The notes under the pieces: generated by a model
The model's input: the letters and a program-made list of their open reading frames with translations, nothing else
Told to the model about the DNA's origin: nothing
The model's database searches: none
Position numbers and translations under genes: made by a program
Shown here: positions 16,351 to 25,126 of the stretch, piece by piece
How the letters are laid out: the number at the start of each line of letters is the position of its first letter
How positions within the stretch are numbered: the stretch's first letter is position 1
Origin: a candidate division FCPU426 bacterium
GTDB lineage: Bacteria; Oederibacteriota; JAAXVQ01; JAUVAV01
DNA: 64,000 nt
Assembly (NCBI GenBank): GCA_040756875.1
Contig: JBFLYH010000002.1
Span: 414,526 to 478,525, forward strand
Direction of reading: 5' to 3'

Positions 16351-16378
16351 ATTATATGTATTCGGGCGGGTCTGTCAA
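16351..16378 (-). promoter_or_regulatory. Consensus sigma70 promoter TTGACA-N16-TATAAT
   Basis: Plus strand tgtcaa 16373-16378 and attata 16351-16356; 11 nt separate the -10 box from the ATG at 16339. Confidence 0.8.
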
Positions 16379-16385
16379 GTTTTTC

Positions 16386-19300
16386 TTAACGTATAATGAC
16401 GACTTTGCGCACGGCCGAGGTTTGGCTGCCGCCGGGCGTGGTCAGCACCAGGCGGTAGAAATAGACCCCCGGCGCCACCGCGGCGGTGCGCCAAACGAGC
16501 GAATTGGCCGCCGGATGGTCCGCGGCCAGGCTGGCCAGCCGCTCGCCCGCCGCATTGAAGATGTCAATGCGCACGGAACGGAATGCCCCCTGCGGCCAGG
16601 CAAAGGTCACGTCCCCCCGGCTGGGGTTGGGGAAGGCCAGCACCGAGGTGACGCCGGGCACCAGTCCGCTCAGGGTCGGCGTCACGGTCAGCGTCGGCGT
16701 GACGGTGGGCGTCGGTGAAATGGTGGGTGTGTGGCTGGCCGTGGGCGTAATGGTGCGCGTCGGGGTCGCGGTGGCTGTGGGCGGTTGCAGGGCTGCGGCC
16801 GAGACTTCGGCCGAGGGCGCGCTTTCGCCGCGCGGGTTGTTGGCCGTTATGCGGTAGTAATACGTCAAGCCCGGGACAGCCGTAAAATCTTCGTAGAAAG
16901 GAGTGGAGAATTCATCGTAAGCCATTTGCCCAAGATAGGCGGCGGGCGTGCAGGACACACCGGCCGCTGTGCCGCGGTAAACGGCGTAATGTGTAAGCTG
17001 TTCGGCGGACGAATTGTTCGTCCAGGTGAGCTGGATGCGGCCTGACAGCCCCAACGCCGAAGGGCCCGCAGGCGCGCTGGGCCAGGGCCAATTCGGCGTG
17101 GCGTTCACCTCAGCCGATTGGGCGCTGAGATGGCCTTGAATGTCCAGACTGGAGATTTTATAGAAATACGCCGTGCCGTTGGCCACCGCCGTATCACTGA
17201 AAGCCGCCACCGCGGAGTTGGCCAGGGCCCAGGGGACGCTGCCCTGGCCGCCCGGCGTGGTGGCGCGGTAGATGCAATACCCGGCCAGGCTGTACGTGCC
17301 GGCGAGCGAGGGGTTCCAGCCCAGCTGGACCTGGCTCAATCCGGCCGTGGCCGTGACGCCGGTTGGCACGGCCGGCGGCGCATAGGGAATGTCCGAGACT
17401 TCGGCCGAGAAGCTGCTCTGGTTCGCGGCCGAGTCCTCGGTCTTCAGGCGGTAATAATACCTCACGCCGTTGGTGACCGTGTCATCCGTATAGGTGAGCC
17501 CGGCAACCAGGGAGGGATTGACCGGCGTGCTGCCCTGCCCGCCCGGCGTGGTGGCGCGGTACAGCTGGTAGCCGGCAATGGGATTGGTGCCCGCAATGCC
17601 GGGCTGCCAGGTCAGATCCAACTGCCCGTCGCCGGCCGTGACCGTGACGCCCAGCGGCGGCAGGGGCGAGACAAAACTGCTCGTGGGCACGGCCGACACT
17701 TCGTTGCTTCCGCCGCAGGTGTTGCCCCCGGCATCCACGGCCAGCACCCGGTAATAGTACGTCGTGCCGTTCACCAGGCCGCTGGTGTCGGCGTACGTCA
17801 AACCGGCGATTAGGCCGGCATTGACCACCTGCGTATTGCCGTCGCCGGCCAGGGTGCTGCGATGGAGATTGTAGCCCGCGATCGGGAACCCCGAGGCCGC
17901 AGCCACCCAGGCCAGGTCCACGCGGTTGTTGCCCGGATTAGCGGCCAGCTCGCCGGCCGGCTGGTACACGTTCAGCGTGCCTGCGTAGGCGCTGGAGGTG
18001 TTCCCCACTTTGTCGCAGGCGGTCACGGTCACGCTGTAGAAGCCCACCTGGCCGGCCGCCTCCTGCATGGAGGCATAGCCCGTGCCCGGCGGATAGGCGG
18101 CGGTGCCGTTCCACCACATCATGTTTTCCAGGGTCGAGCCGTCGGGCCGGCGCACGAACTCCCGGCACGTCAATCCGCCTTCGCCGGCATAATCGTCCTG
18201 CGCGTCGATCCAGGCGGTGAAAGAACGGCCCAGTTGCAGGGACGTGATCGCGTACTGCAGGGGCGCCTGGGGCCAGGACACCATGGGATCCACGATCCAG
18301 GCCGCGTTCACGACCGGCGGCGTGCTGTCGTCGATCACGCGGAAGGCGTAGTCCGGCATGAGGTTGACGATCGTATACGGCGTGCTGCTGTTGCCGGACC
18401 GGTCGACGTACTGCAGGGTCACGCGGTAGTCGCCGGGCTGGGAGGTGTCGTCAAACCAGAAGCTCCCCCACCAGGTCCCGACGTTCTGGAAAACGGACAA
18501 ATCCGGTTTGGTGATGGTGATGGTTTCCTGCAGGGGCGCCCCGGAATTATCGCTGACCGACGAGGAAATCACGACCTGATGCAGGGGGGGCACGTCCACC
18601 TGGTCCACCGAGGCCGAAAGCACCACCGGCGGGTTGACGTCCGCGCTCACGGTGAACTGGAGCAGGGTGGGATCGGTTTGCAGGTTGCCCGTGATGTCCT
18701 GGGCCTTGACCACGACGTTATAGACACCCAATTGGCCGGTGTTGGAAAACTGGCCGGTATAGCGGCTGGTGTAGCCTTCGCGCGCCAAAACCAGGTTGAC
18801 GGTCGAGGCGTCAGGCCGCGTCACTTCGGCCCAGACGTGCGAGCTGACTTCGTCGTTGTCCGTGACCTGGGCGCTGCAGGAGAGGCTCTGGTAGGCGGTC
18901 AGGAGCGTGCGCCCCAGGTAGCTGCCCGTGATCACGGGCGGCACGGCGTCGCCGGCCAGGCGGAAATCCATTTCAGCCGAGGGATCGCCGAGAAAGTTGA
19001 ACTCCCAGGCCGAACCCATGGAAAAATGATAGGCCGCGCTGGGCCGCGACCGGCCGTTGTCGAAATACGCCTGCTTGACGCCGTTGCTGACCGCACTGAC
19101 CATGCCGTAGGCCGAAGTGGACAGGATGGAGCGGTTGGCGCCCACGTAGCCGATGGCGCCGCCGCCGGTCGCCTCGAAAAACGCCTCGGCGATGCAGTTG
19201 AGTTCGTCGAACTTTCCGGTCAGGCAGGAGCCCGCCAGCACGAAGGGCAGCTTGGGATTATTGACGACGTTCCGGGCGTCGTAATGGTGGAAGTTGACGT

Positions 19301-19952
19301 TGGCCCACCAGGTGTAATAACCGTGCGCGATGTAGGTGACCATGGCGCAGCCTGAATTGATGCGGGACTGGATCTGCGCGGCCAAATCGCCTTCGCCCAG
19401 CATGGTGCCGTTGAACTTGGAAATCCCGCTGAACTCGTTGCCCGCCCAGCCGCAATAAAGCATGTTGCGGTTCCAGAGGCCGTCGCCGTCGTACTGGGCC
19501 CAGTGGTCGAGCATCATCTGGGCCTGCGAGGCGTTTTTGGCCGGCAGCCGGCCTCCCAGCACGGTCACCCCGCCGCTGTAACCGTCCCCGGTGAGCACGT
19601 AGTAATAGGCGTCGTAGATCAAGCCCGAACGGTAGCGGATGGGCACCGCCGTTTCGTCGCCGCCCAGCAGCACGTAGGAAACGCTCCAGGTGTTGTAGGC
19701 ATCGATGAAAAAGGCGCGGATTTTTTCCTGGGTGTCCGCGCCGCTATAGTTGGCGCTGACATCCTCCACGGAAAAGACGCGGGTGGTAATGCCTTCCGCG
19801 GTCTTGGTGGCGGCATACGAATCAAATGAAGTAAGCCAGGCGGCAGGCGTGACGATGACGTACTCCGCCGGCGAACCCGTGCACAGGCTGGCCGCCAGGG
19901 CCCGGGAGGACAGCATGAGCAGCAGACCGGCACTGACCAGGACGCGTTTCAT
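16386..19952 (-). CDS. Secreted C25 (gingipain-like) cysteine peptidase with Ig/FN3 repeats, Thr-Pro linker and T9SS-like C-terminal domain
   Basis: Signal peptide; YVIVT; YVLLGGD; GRLP; His-Cys dyad YIAHG / GSCLTGKFD; CIAEAF; FLGDPS; four FN3 repeats; PTATATPT linker; FPNP...GVYFYRL...KVVIIR. Confidence 0.88.
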   Translation of the reverse strand: MKRVLVSAGLLLMLSSRALAASLCTGSPAEYVIVTPAAWLTSFDSYAATKTAEGITTRVFSVEDVSANYSGADTQEKIRAFFIDAYNTWSVSYVLLGGDETAVPIRYRSGLIYDAYYYVLTGDGYSGGVTVLGGRLPAKNASQAQMMLDHWAQYDGDGLWNRNMLYCGWAGNEFSGISKFNGTMLGEGDLAAQIQSRINSGCAMVTYIAHGYYTWWANVNFHHYDARNVVNNPKLPFVLAGSCLTGKFDELNCIAEAFFEATGGGAIGYVGANRSILSTSAYGMVSAVSNGVKQAYFDNGRSRPSAAYHFSMGSAWEFNFLGDPSAEMDFRLAGDAVPPVITGSYLGRTLLTAYQSLSCSAQVTDNDEVSSHVWAEVTRPDASTVNLVLAREGYTSRYTGQFSNTGQLGVYNVVVKAQDITGNLQTDPTLLQFTVSADVNPPVVLSASVDQVDVPPLHQVVISSSVSDNSGAPLQETITITKPDLSVFQNVGTWWGSFWFDDTSQPGDYRVTLQYVDRSGNSSTPYTIVNLMPDYAFRVIDDSTPPVVNAAWIVDPMVSWPQAPLQYAITSLQLGRSFTAWIDAQDDYAGEGGLTCREFVRRPDGSTLENMMWWNGTAAYPPGTGYASMQEAAGQVGFYSVTVTACDKVGNTSSAYAGTLNVYQPAGELAANPGNNRVDLAWVAAASGFPIAGYNLHRSTLAGDGNTQVVNAGLIAGLTYADTSGLVNGTTYYYRVLAVDAGGNTCGGSNEVSAVPTSSFVSPLPPLGVTVTAGDGQLDLTWQPGIAGTNPIAGYQLYRATTPGGQGSTPVNPSLVAGLTYTDDTVTNGVRYYYRLKTEDSAANQSSFSAEVSDIPYAPPAVPTGVTATAGLSQVQLGWNPSLAGTYSLAGYCIYRATTPGGQGSVPWALANSAVAAFSDTAVANGTAYFYKISSLDIQGHLSAQSAEVNATPNWPWPSAPAGPSALGLSGRIQLTWTNNSSAEQLTHYAVYRGTAAGVSCTPAAYLGQMAYDEFSTPFYEDFTAVPGLTYYYRITANNPRGESAPSAEVSAAALQPPTATATPTRTITPTASHTPTISPTPTVTPTLTVTPTLSGLVPGVTSVLAFPNPSRGDVTFAWPQGAFRSVRIDIFNAAGERLASLAADHPAANSLVWRTAAVAPGVYFYRLVLTTPGGSQTSAVRKVVIIR

Positions 19953-19973
19953 CCGCTTGGACTTCCCCTCCGC

Positions 19974-20648
19974 CTAGCGTAAAGGCTGCCGGAAAAACGC
20001 TTCGTCCGGATTCACAAGTTTGCGCCGCAATTCCCGGTCCACGGCGTTTTTCGGCTCGGGCGCTGGCTGCCAGCCGGGCGCGGCCAGGCGCACCTGCAGC
20101 TTGGGATTGCGGTAGGACACCAGCTTCTTTTCGGTTCCGATATATTTATATAGGAAGACTTTCAGACGGAGGATCGTGGTGCTGCCGGCGCGGAAAAATT
20201 CCTGTTCGCTCCAGGCCGCGGGGTATTCTTCGGCTGATTGATAGACCGAGGCGTCCGCAGCCAGGGGAGGCGGGACCACGCCGGGTTCGGGAATATAGGG
20301 TTTGCGGACGGGCTTGATCCGGCCGGGCAGCGTCGATTCGCTGCGGTCGGCTTTGACCATCAGCTCGAGGAACTGGCTGCCAGCCGGAACCGATATCCAG
20401 TACTCCAGGCAGGGCAGATCCGGCCGGTCGGGCTCCGTGGTCCTCAGGGTGCGGAACCCTTCCGCATCCACGCGGGTCCAGCCCTCCTCCCCCGCGGTTT
20501 TGATTGCGGGCAGGATGTCCTCCAGGGTGATGAGCGCCTGCCCGTTCTGGGCGTTGTATTCCGCGCGATAAGTGGTTTCAGCCGCCGCCAAACCCGGGAG
20601 ACTCAGGCAGACGCTCAGCAACAGGCAGGCCCAGTGTGTCCGCTGCAT
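19974..20648 (-). CDS. Stand-alone C25 peptidase propeptide domain protein (secreted)
   Basis: RBS aaggag; signal peptide; PDLP...ISVPAG...VY.S..EYP...LRLKV..YKY...KKL...LVNPD resembles Propeptide_C25. Confidence 0.7.
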   Translation of the reverse strand: MQRTHWACLLLSVCLSLPGLAAAETTYRAEYNAQNGQALITLEDILPAIKTAGEEGWTRVDAEGFRTLRTTEPDRPDLPCLEYWISVPAGSQFLELMVKADRSESTLPGRIKPVRKPYIPEPGVVPPPLAADASVYQSAEEYPAAWSEQEFFRAGSTTILRLKVFLYKYIGTEKKLVSYRNPKLQVRLAAPGWQPAPEPKNAVDRELRRKLVNPDEAFFRQPLR

Positions 20649-20774
20649 TCCGGCTCCTTTCCGATCCACATAGTCCTTCCATATTATTATCAACGGTGGA
20701 AGAACGGTTCGCCAGCCATTTTCTTTGATTTTAGACGGCTTGACCTGGCCCTTAGGTTCCCTCCGGAATGGCCC

Positions 20775-21254
20775 TCAGGCAAAAGCGTCCCACTCCTGCT
20801 CCAAAAAAATCACCAGTCCGGGCCAGGGAGCATAACGGGGATAGAGGTTTTGGAAGTCCATGCGGGCCGCGCGGAAGGAGGAGCGGCTGATGGTCCTGGC
20901 CCGGAAAGCCAGCCACAGCATCCCCAGGGAGGCCCCGCGGGATTCGGCGTGTTCGCTGAGAATGACGACTTCATGACTTTCCTGCCAGCGTTTGATCCGC
21001 TCCAGGGTTTCGACAAAATCGCATACGCGGTAATTGGGAATTTCCAGATTCGGCAGGTCAAGATGGAAATAGGGCTTGCCGGCCACCAGCGTCTCCCGCC
21101 CCTGGCTGACCAGGGTGCGAAGGGGGCGGCCCAGGCGTTCGGAGAAAATCCGGCACGGCCACTCGCAGATCATGACCACCGCGAAGGGGCCCTGGGTCAC
21201 CGCCTCCGCGTCCTCGCAGGAAGCGAGGTACAGGCGTTCAGCGATCCGCTGCAT
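20775..21254 (-). CDS. Dual-specificity phosphatase-like protein with the catalytic Cys replaced by Ser
   Basis: IAERLYLAS; VVILSEHAESRG (SX5R); LYPRYAPWPG..FLEQEW. Confidence 0.55.
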   Translation of the reverse strand: MQRIAERLYLASCEDAEAVTQGPFAVVMICEWPCRIFSERLGRPLRTLVSQGRETLVAGKPYFHLDLPNLEIPNYRVCDFVETLERIKRWQESHEVVILSEHAESRGASLGMLWLAFRARTISRSSFRAARMDFQNLYPRYAPWPGLVIFLEQEWDAFA

Positions 21255-21834
21255 GGCCGCCCTCGTCGTTGGCCACGCTGCTGCCGACCAGGGCGTGGCG
21301 GAACAAGGCCCGCTCCAGCGGCGCTTGGATGTGCTTGGGGAACGGAAAAGGCACGGCTTTGCTCAGGAGCAGCCGGTCGATGAGATAATCCAGGAATTTT
21401 TGGGGATACCCGTCCTCCTGAAAATTCAGGGCGGGATTCATCCGGGTTTCGCGCACCAGGTAATCCTCGCCCTCGGGCTCCAGCCGCAACTGAAAGGAGC
21501 ATTCGCCGGTCCAGCTGCGGTGAAAGAACAGCATGGCGCCTTCGTAAAAGATGAACCACTTCTCGTCCATGTCCACGGGCAGCAAACCGAAGCTGAGCTT
21601 GCGGTATTCGGCCGGGGTGAACCTCCGCGTATAAGGGAGTTCCAGGCTGTCGGGCGGCATGGGCAGATTTTCCCAGTCGTCGCGGCTGACCCGCTCGGGT
21701 TGCAGCTTGCGATGCGGAGCTTGCTCCAGTTTTTTCATGTCGATTTCGTTCGAGGTGTACCCGGTGTAATTCAGGAAGCCTTCGCGGAAAATCTTCTGGA
21801 TTTTTTCCCTGTCAGGCTCCATGGACATGGTCAA
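21238..21834 (-). CDS. Conserved hypothetical protein (MDEKWF...FHRSWTG motif)
   Basis: 198-aa ORF overlapping the downstream gene; DW..LPMP, KWFIFYE, HRSWTG. Confidence 0.65.
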   Translation of the reverse strand: MTMSMEPDREKIQKIFREGFLNYTGYTSNEIDMKKLEQAPHRKLQPERVSRDDWENLPMPPDSLELPYTRRFTPAEYRKLSFGLLPVDMDEKWFIFYEGAMLFFHRSWTGECSFQLRLEPEGEDYLVRETRMNPALNFQEDGYPQKFLDYLIDRLLLSKAVPFPFPKHIQAPLERALFRHALVGSSVANDEGGHAADR

Positions 21835-22035
21835 TCCTTTCCCTTAGGGAATGCGTCCGGTCGTTCCCCGGCTAAAACCGGACGCCCATTCAAGTGCACA
21901 GTATTTTAAACATATTATACGCAGATTAAAAAGAAAGAACAGGACAAATTGTGATGGGATGCTTTTTCTCTTTTAATCAAACTGCTTTTTTGATATATAG
22001 GGTCCGCAGTGACATCCTTTCCCAGGAGGCATTTT

Positions 22036-22509
22036 ATGGCTAAATCAGGTTTTGGATGGTTGACGGTTTTCTGCGTACTAGCCCTCACGGCAGTGCCCGT
22101 GCTGGCGGCGGATGCTCCGGCTGAAACCAGCCCGGCGCCGGCTGCCGCGGCCGAAGAGGCTGCCCCGGCTCAGGTCGCCAGCGCGCCCGCCACGCTGGAA
22201 GTGGCTGAGATCGCCATTGCCAAAGGCGTCGAAAACCGCGAAGCCGTGGACTCCGGCGACACGTTCCCGGCCGATGTGGCCAAGCTGTACTGCTGGACCA
22301 AGCTCACAGGCGGCAAGGAAGGCGATAGCATCACCCACCGCTGGCTGAAAGACGGCGAAGTCATGGGCGAAGTCAGCCTCAATGTCAACGCCTCGCCCTG
22401 GCGGACGTACAGCTCCAAAGCCATCATGCCCGAATGGAAGGGCAAATGGTCGGTCGAAGTCCTGCAGAACGGCACTGTGCTCAAGAGCCAGGAGTTCACG
22501 ATCGAATAA
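22036..22509 (+). CDS. DUF2914 domain secreted protein
   Basis: RBS aggagg; signal peptide; VENREAV...LYCWT...HRW...WRTYSSK...GKWSVEV. Confidence 0.8.
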   Translation: MAKSGFGWLTVFCVLALTAVPVLAADAPAETSPAPAAAAEEAAPAQVASAPATLEVAEIAIAKGVENREAVDSGDTFPADVAKLYCWTKLTGGKEGDSITHRWLKDGEVMGEVSLNVNASPWRTYSSKAIMPEWKGKWSVEVLQNGTVLKSQEFTIE

Positions 22510-22527
22510 GTTCACCGCGTTAAAATT

Positions 22528-22563
22528 AAAACGCCCGGGTCGTGCGACCCGGGCGTTTTTTTT
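22528..22563. terminator. Bidirectional intrinsic terminator
   Basis: aaaacgcccgggtcg-tg-cgacccgggcgtttttttt between convergent genes. Confidence 0.85.
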
Positions 22564-22573
22564 ACACGGACCC

Positions 22574-24034
22574 CTATTGCAGGGGCGCCAGCAGGCGGGC
22601 CAGCGAATTGCGCAGCCTCCGCGCGTATCCCAGCCGTTGGTAATCCGCCAGCGTAAACTCCCGGCATCTTCGCAGATCGCGCAGGAATTGCCCCTCCAGT
22701 TCGCGCGCCAGGCGCGGATCGTAAAGCAGGTTGCTCAACTCGTAGTTCAGATGGAAGCTCCGGATGTCGAAATTGGCGGTACCCGCCGAAGCCAGGCGCG
22801 AATCCACCGCCAGGGTTTTGGCGTGCAGAAACCCGTGCTGGTAGTGGTAAATGCGGACGCCGGCCTTGAGCAACTCCTCAAAAAAGGTGAAGGCGGACCA
22901 GAACGGCAGCCGTTTGTCCGGAAGGCCTGCGACCATGATCCGCACATCCACCCCGCTGAGCCCGGCGGTTTTCAAGGCCATATGGACGCTGGGGTCGGGA
23001 ATGAAGTAGGGTGTCTGCAGGTACACCCGTTTTTCCGCCGAGGTGATGAGTTGGAAAAAAAGCTGCTTGATCGAGGGCCACTCCGAATCAGGGCCCGAGG
23101 TGGTGACCTGCAGCGGCGCGTAGGGCAGCGCCCGGCCGGCGTCGGGGGCGGGAAAATAGCGCTTTTGGAACAGCTCCTCGCCCGTGGTATTGTGCCAGTC
23201 CACGGCAAAGATGGCCGTTAACACGGATGCGGCCTCGCCTTCTAACCGGAGGTGTGTATCCCTCCAGGCCGGAAAGCGACGGCCGCCGTCCACGTATTCC
23301 TGGCCCAGGTTCATGCCCCCGGTGTAGCCGATGCGCCCGTCGATCACCGCCACTTTGCGGTGATTGCGGTTGTTCAAGGTGTGCAGCTTGAAAGGCGCCA
23401 GAAAATTCAAAAAGGCGTAGAGTTTCACCCCGGCGCGCCGCAGGAAACGCCGGTCGCGCCGCCGGAACCGCCAGCTGCCCAGAAAATCATAGAGAATCCG
23501 GACTTCCACGCCGGCCCGGGCTTTTCGCGCCAGGAGCTCGTGAACCTGGCGCGTCAGCGCGTCGGACCTCCAGATAAAATATTCCAGATGAATGAACCGG
23601 CGGGCCTGCTCCAGGTCCTTCAGCAGGGCCGCGAATTTGTCCCGGCCCTGGTGAAATATTTTGACCCGGTTGCGCGTGGTGAGGAGGGAGTTCGAGTTGC
23701 GCCGCAACAGTTCCGCCAGCCGGGCAAGATGGGGGGACGCCAGTTTACGGCTCAGCTGGCGTGTCGTGCGGTCTTGCTGTCGGGTTAAAGGGGCCAGCGA
23801 GCGGAACAGCTTTCTTTCCTCGAACTGCCGGGTCAGCCGGCTTTGCAGCCGTTGGTGGCGCCAATTGCGGCCGAAGAGCATGTAGAGGATGAAGCCGAAA
23901 ACCGGGAAAGCCAAAAAGACGAACAACCAGGCGATGGTGACCGACGGCTCGCGGTTGTCAAGCAGCAGGATCACAGCGGTAAGCAGCAGGTAGAGGTAAA
24001 ACAGATTAAAGAGCAGCGTCAACGCTTCGTTCAT
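22574..24034 (-). CDS. cls: Cardiolipin synthase
   Basis: Two N-terminal TMs; two HKD motifs (NHRKVAVIDG, LHAKTLAVD). Confidence 0.92.
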   Translation of the reverse strand: MNEALTLLFNLFYLYLLLTAVILLLDNREPSVTIAWLFVFLAFPVFGFILYMLFGRNWRHQRLQSRLTRQFEERKLFRSLAPLTRQQDRTTRQLSRKLASPHLARLAELLRRNSNSLLTTRNRVKIFHQGRDKFAALLKDLEQARRFIHLEYFIWRSDALTRQVHELLARKARAGVEVRILYDFLGSWRFRRRDRRFLRRAGVKLYAFLNFLAPFKLHTLNNRNHRKVAVIDGRIGYTGGMNLGQEYVDGGRRFPAWRDTHLRLEGEAASVLTAIFAVDWHNTTGEELFQKRYFPAPDAGRALPYAPLQVTTSGPDSEWPSIKQLFFQLITSAEKRVYLQTPYFIPDPSVHMALKTAGLSGVDVRIMVAGLPDKRLPFWSAFTFFEELLKAGVRIYHYQHGFLHAKTLAVDSRLASAGTANFDIRSFHLNYELSNLLYDPRLARELEGQFLRDLRRCREFTLADYQRLGYARRLRNSLARLLAPLQ

Positions 24035-24058
24035 GGAAGAAGGCCCTTCCGGGCGGTT

Positions 24059-25126
24059 TTATAAGCGGCTGTAATCCGGCACCACCGCGCCGTCCCCGAG
24101 CACGGTGCCGGGCTGGAGCACGGCAAAGCGGCCGATTCGGCACCCTGTGCCCAGCACGCACCCCGAGAGGCGCGCGCCTTCGCCGACCACGACCCGGTCC
24201 CACAGCACGCTGCGCTCCACCTGCGCCCTGGCGCCTATCTTCACGCCGGTCCCCAGGACCGCCAGTTCGCCGATGCGGGCTTCGGGTCCGGCCTGGCACT
24301 TGCCGCCCAACAGGCTGGGCCCCTGCAGCACGGCTGCGGCATGGATCCGGCAGGCCGGGCCTGCCAGCACTTTGGGCGCGCGGCGCCACGGCTTTGCGGC
24401 GGACAGCAGGGGCAGCCGCTGTTCCAGCAGGTCCCAGTGCGCTTGCAGATAGTTGGCCGTGGTGCCGATGTCCTTCCAATACCTGCGGCTGGCGTACGCC
24501 CACAGGCGCTCGCCCGCGGCCAGAAGCGCGGGGAACAATTCCCGCTCGGCCGAGGAGGGCGCGTCCGCGCGGATGAAGGAAAACGCTTCCGGCGAGAAAA
24601 TGTACAACCCTGAATTGACCCAGTGGCTCCGGCCTTCGTCGAAGCTCGGCTTCTCGATGAACCGGGTGATGCGGCCCCGGCGGTCGGACTGCACCAGGCC
24701 ATAAGCCGAGGGGTCGGCCACCCAGGTCAGGCCGATGGTAATGAGGGAACGCTGGCGGCGGTGGACCGCGGCCATGCGGGTGAAATCCCAATCCGAAAGC
24801 TCGTCGCCGTTCAGCACGGCCACGGGTTCACGGCCCGCCACCAGCGGTTCGGCGTTCTTAATCGCGCCGGCGGTTCCCAGGGGCGTGCGTTCCGCCGCAT
24901 AGCGCAGCCTGACGCCGAAGCGCCGGCCGTCGCCGAACACCCGCCGCACTTGTTCCGGCTGGTGGCAGATGGAGAGGACGATTTCCCGCACGCCGTGGCG
25001 CCTGAGCAGGGCGAACTGGTATTCCAAAAACGGCCGGTTCGCCATGGGCACCGTGCTCTTGAGGCGGTTGACGGTCAAAGGCCGCAGCCGCGTGCCTTCG
25101 CCGCCGACCAGGATGACGGCTTTCAT
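24059..25126 (-). CDS. NDP-sugar pyrophosphorylase (mannose-1-phosphate guanylyltransferase-like)
   Basis: GGEGTRLRPLT; PLGTAGA; FIEKP; WKDIGT; C-terminal left-handed beta-helix. Confidence 0.88.
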   Translation of the reverse strand: MKAVILVGGEGTRLRPLTVNRLKSTVPMANRPFLEYQFALLRRHGVREIVLSICHQPEQVRRVFGDGRRFGVRLRYAAERTPLGTAGAIKNAEPLVAGREPVAVLNGDELSDWDFTRMAAVHRRQRSLITIGLTWVADPSAYGLVQSDRRGRITRFIEKPSFDEGRSHWVNSGLYIFSPEAFSFIRADAPSSAERELFPALLAAGERLWAYASRRYWKDIGTTANYLQAHWDLLEQRLPLLSAAKPWRRAPKVLAGPACRIHAAAVLQGPSLLGGKCQAGPEARIGELAVLGTGVKIGARAQVERSVLWDRVVVGEGARLSGCVLGTGCRIGRFAVLQPGTVLGDGAVVPDYSRL

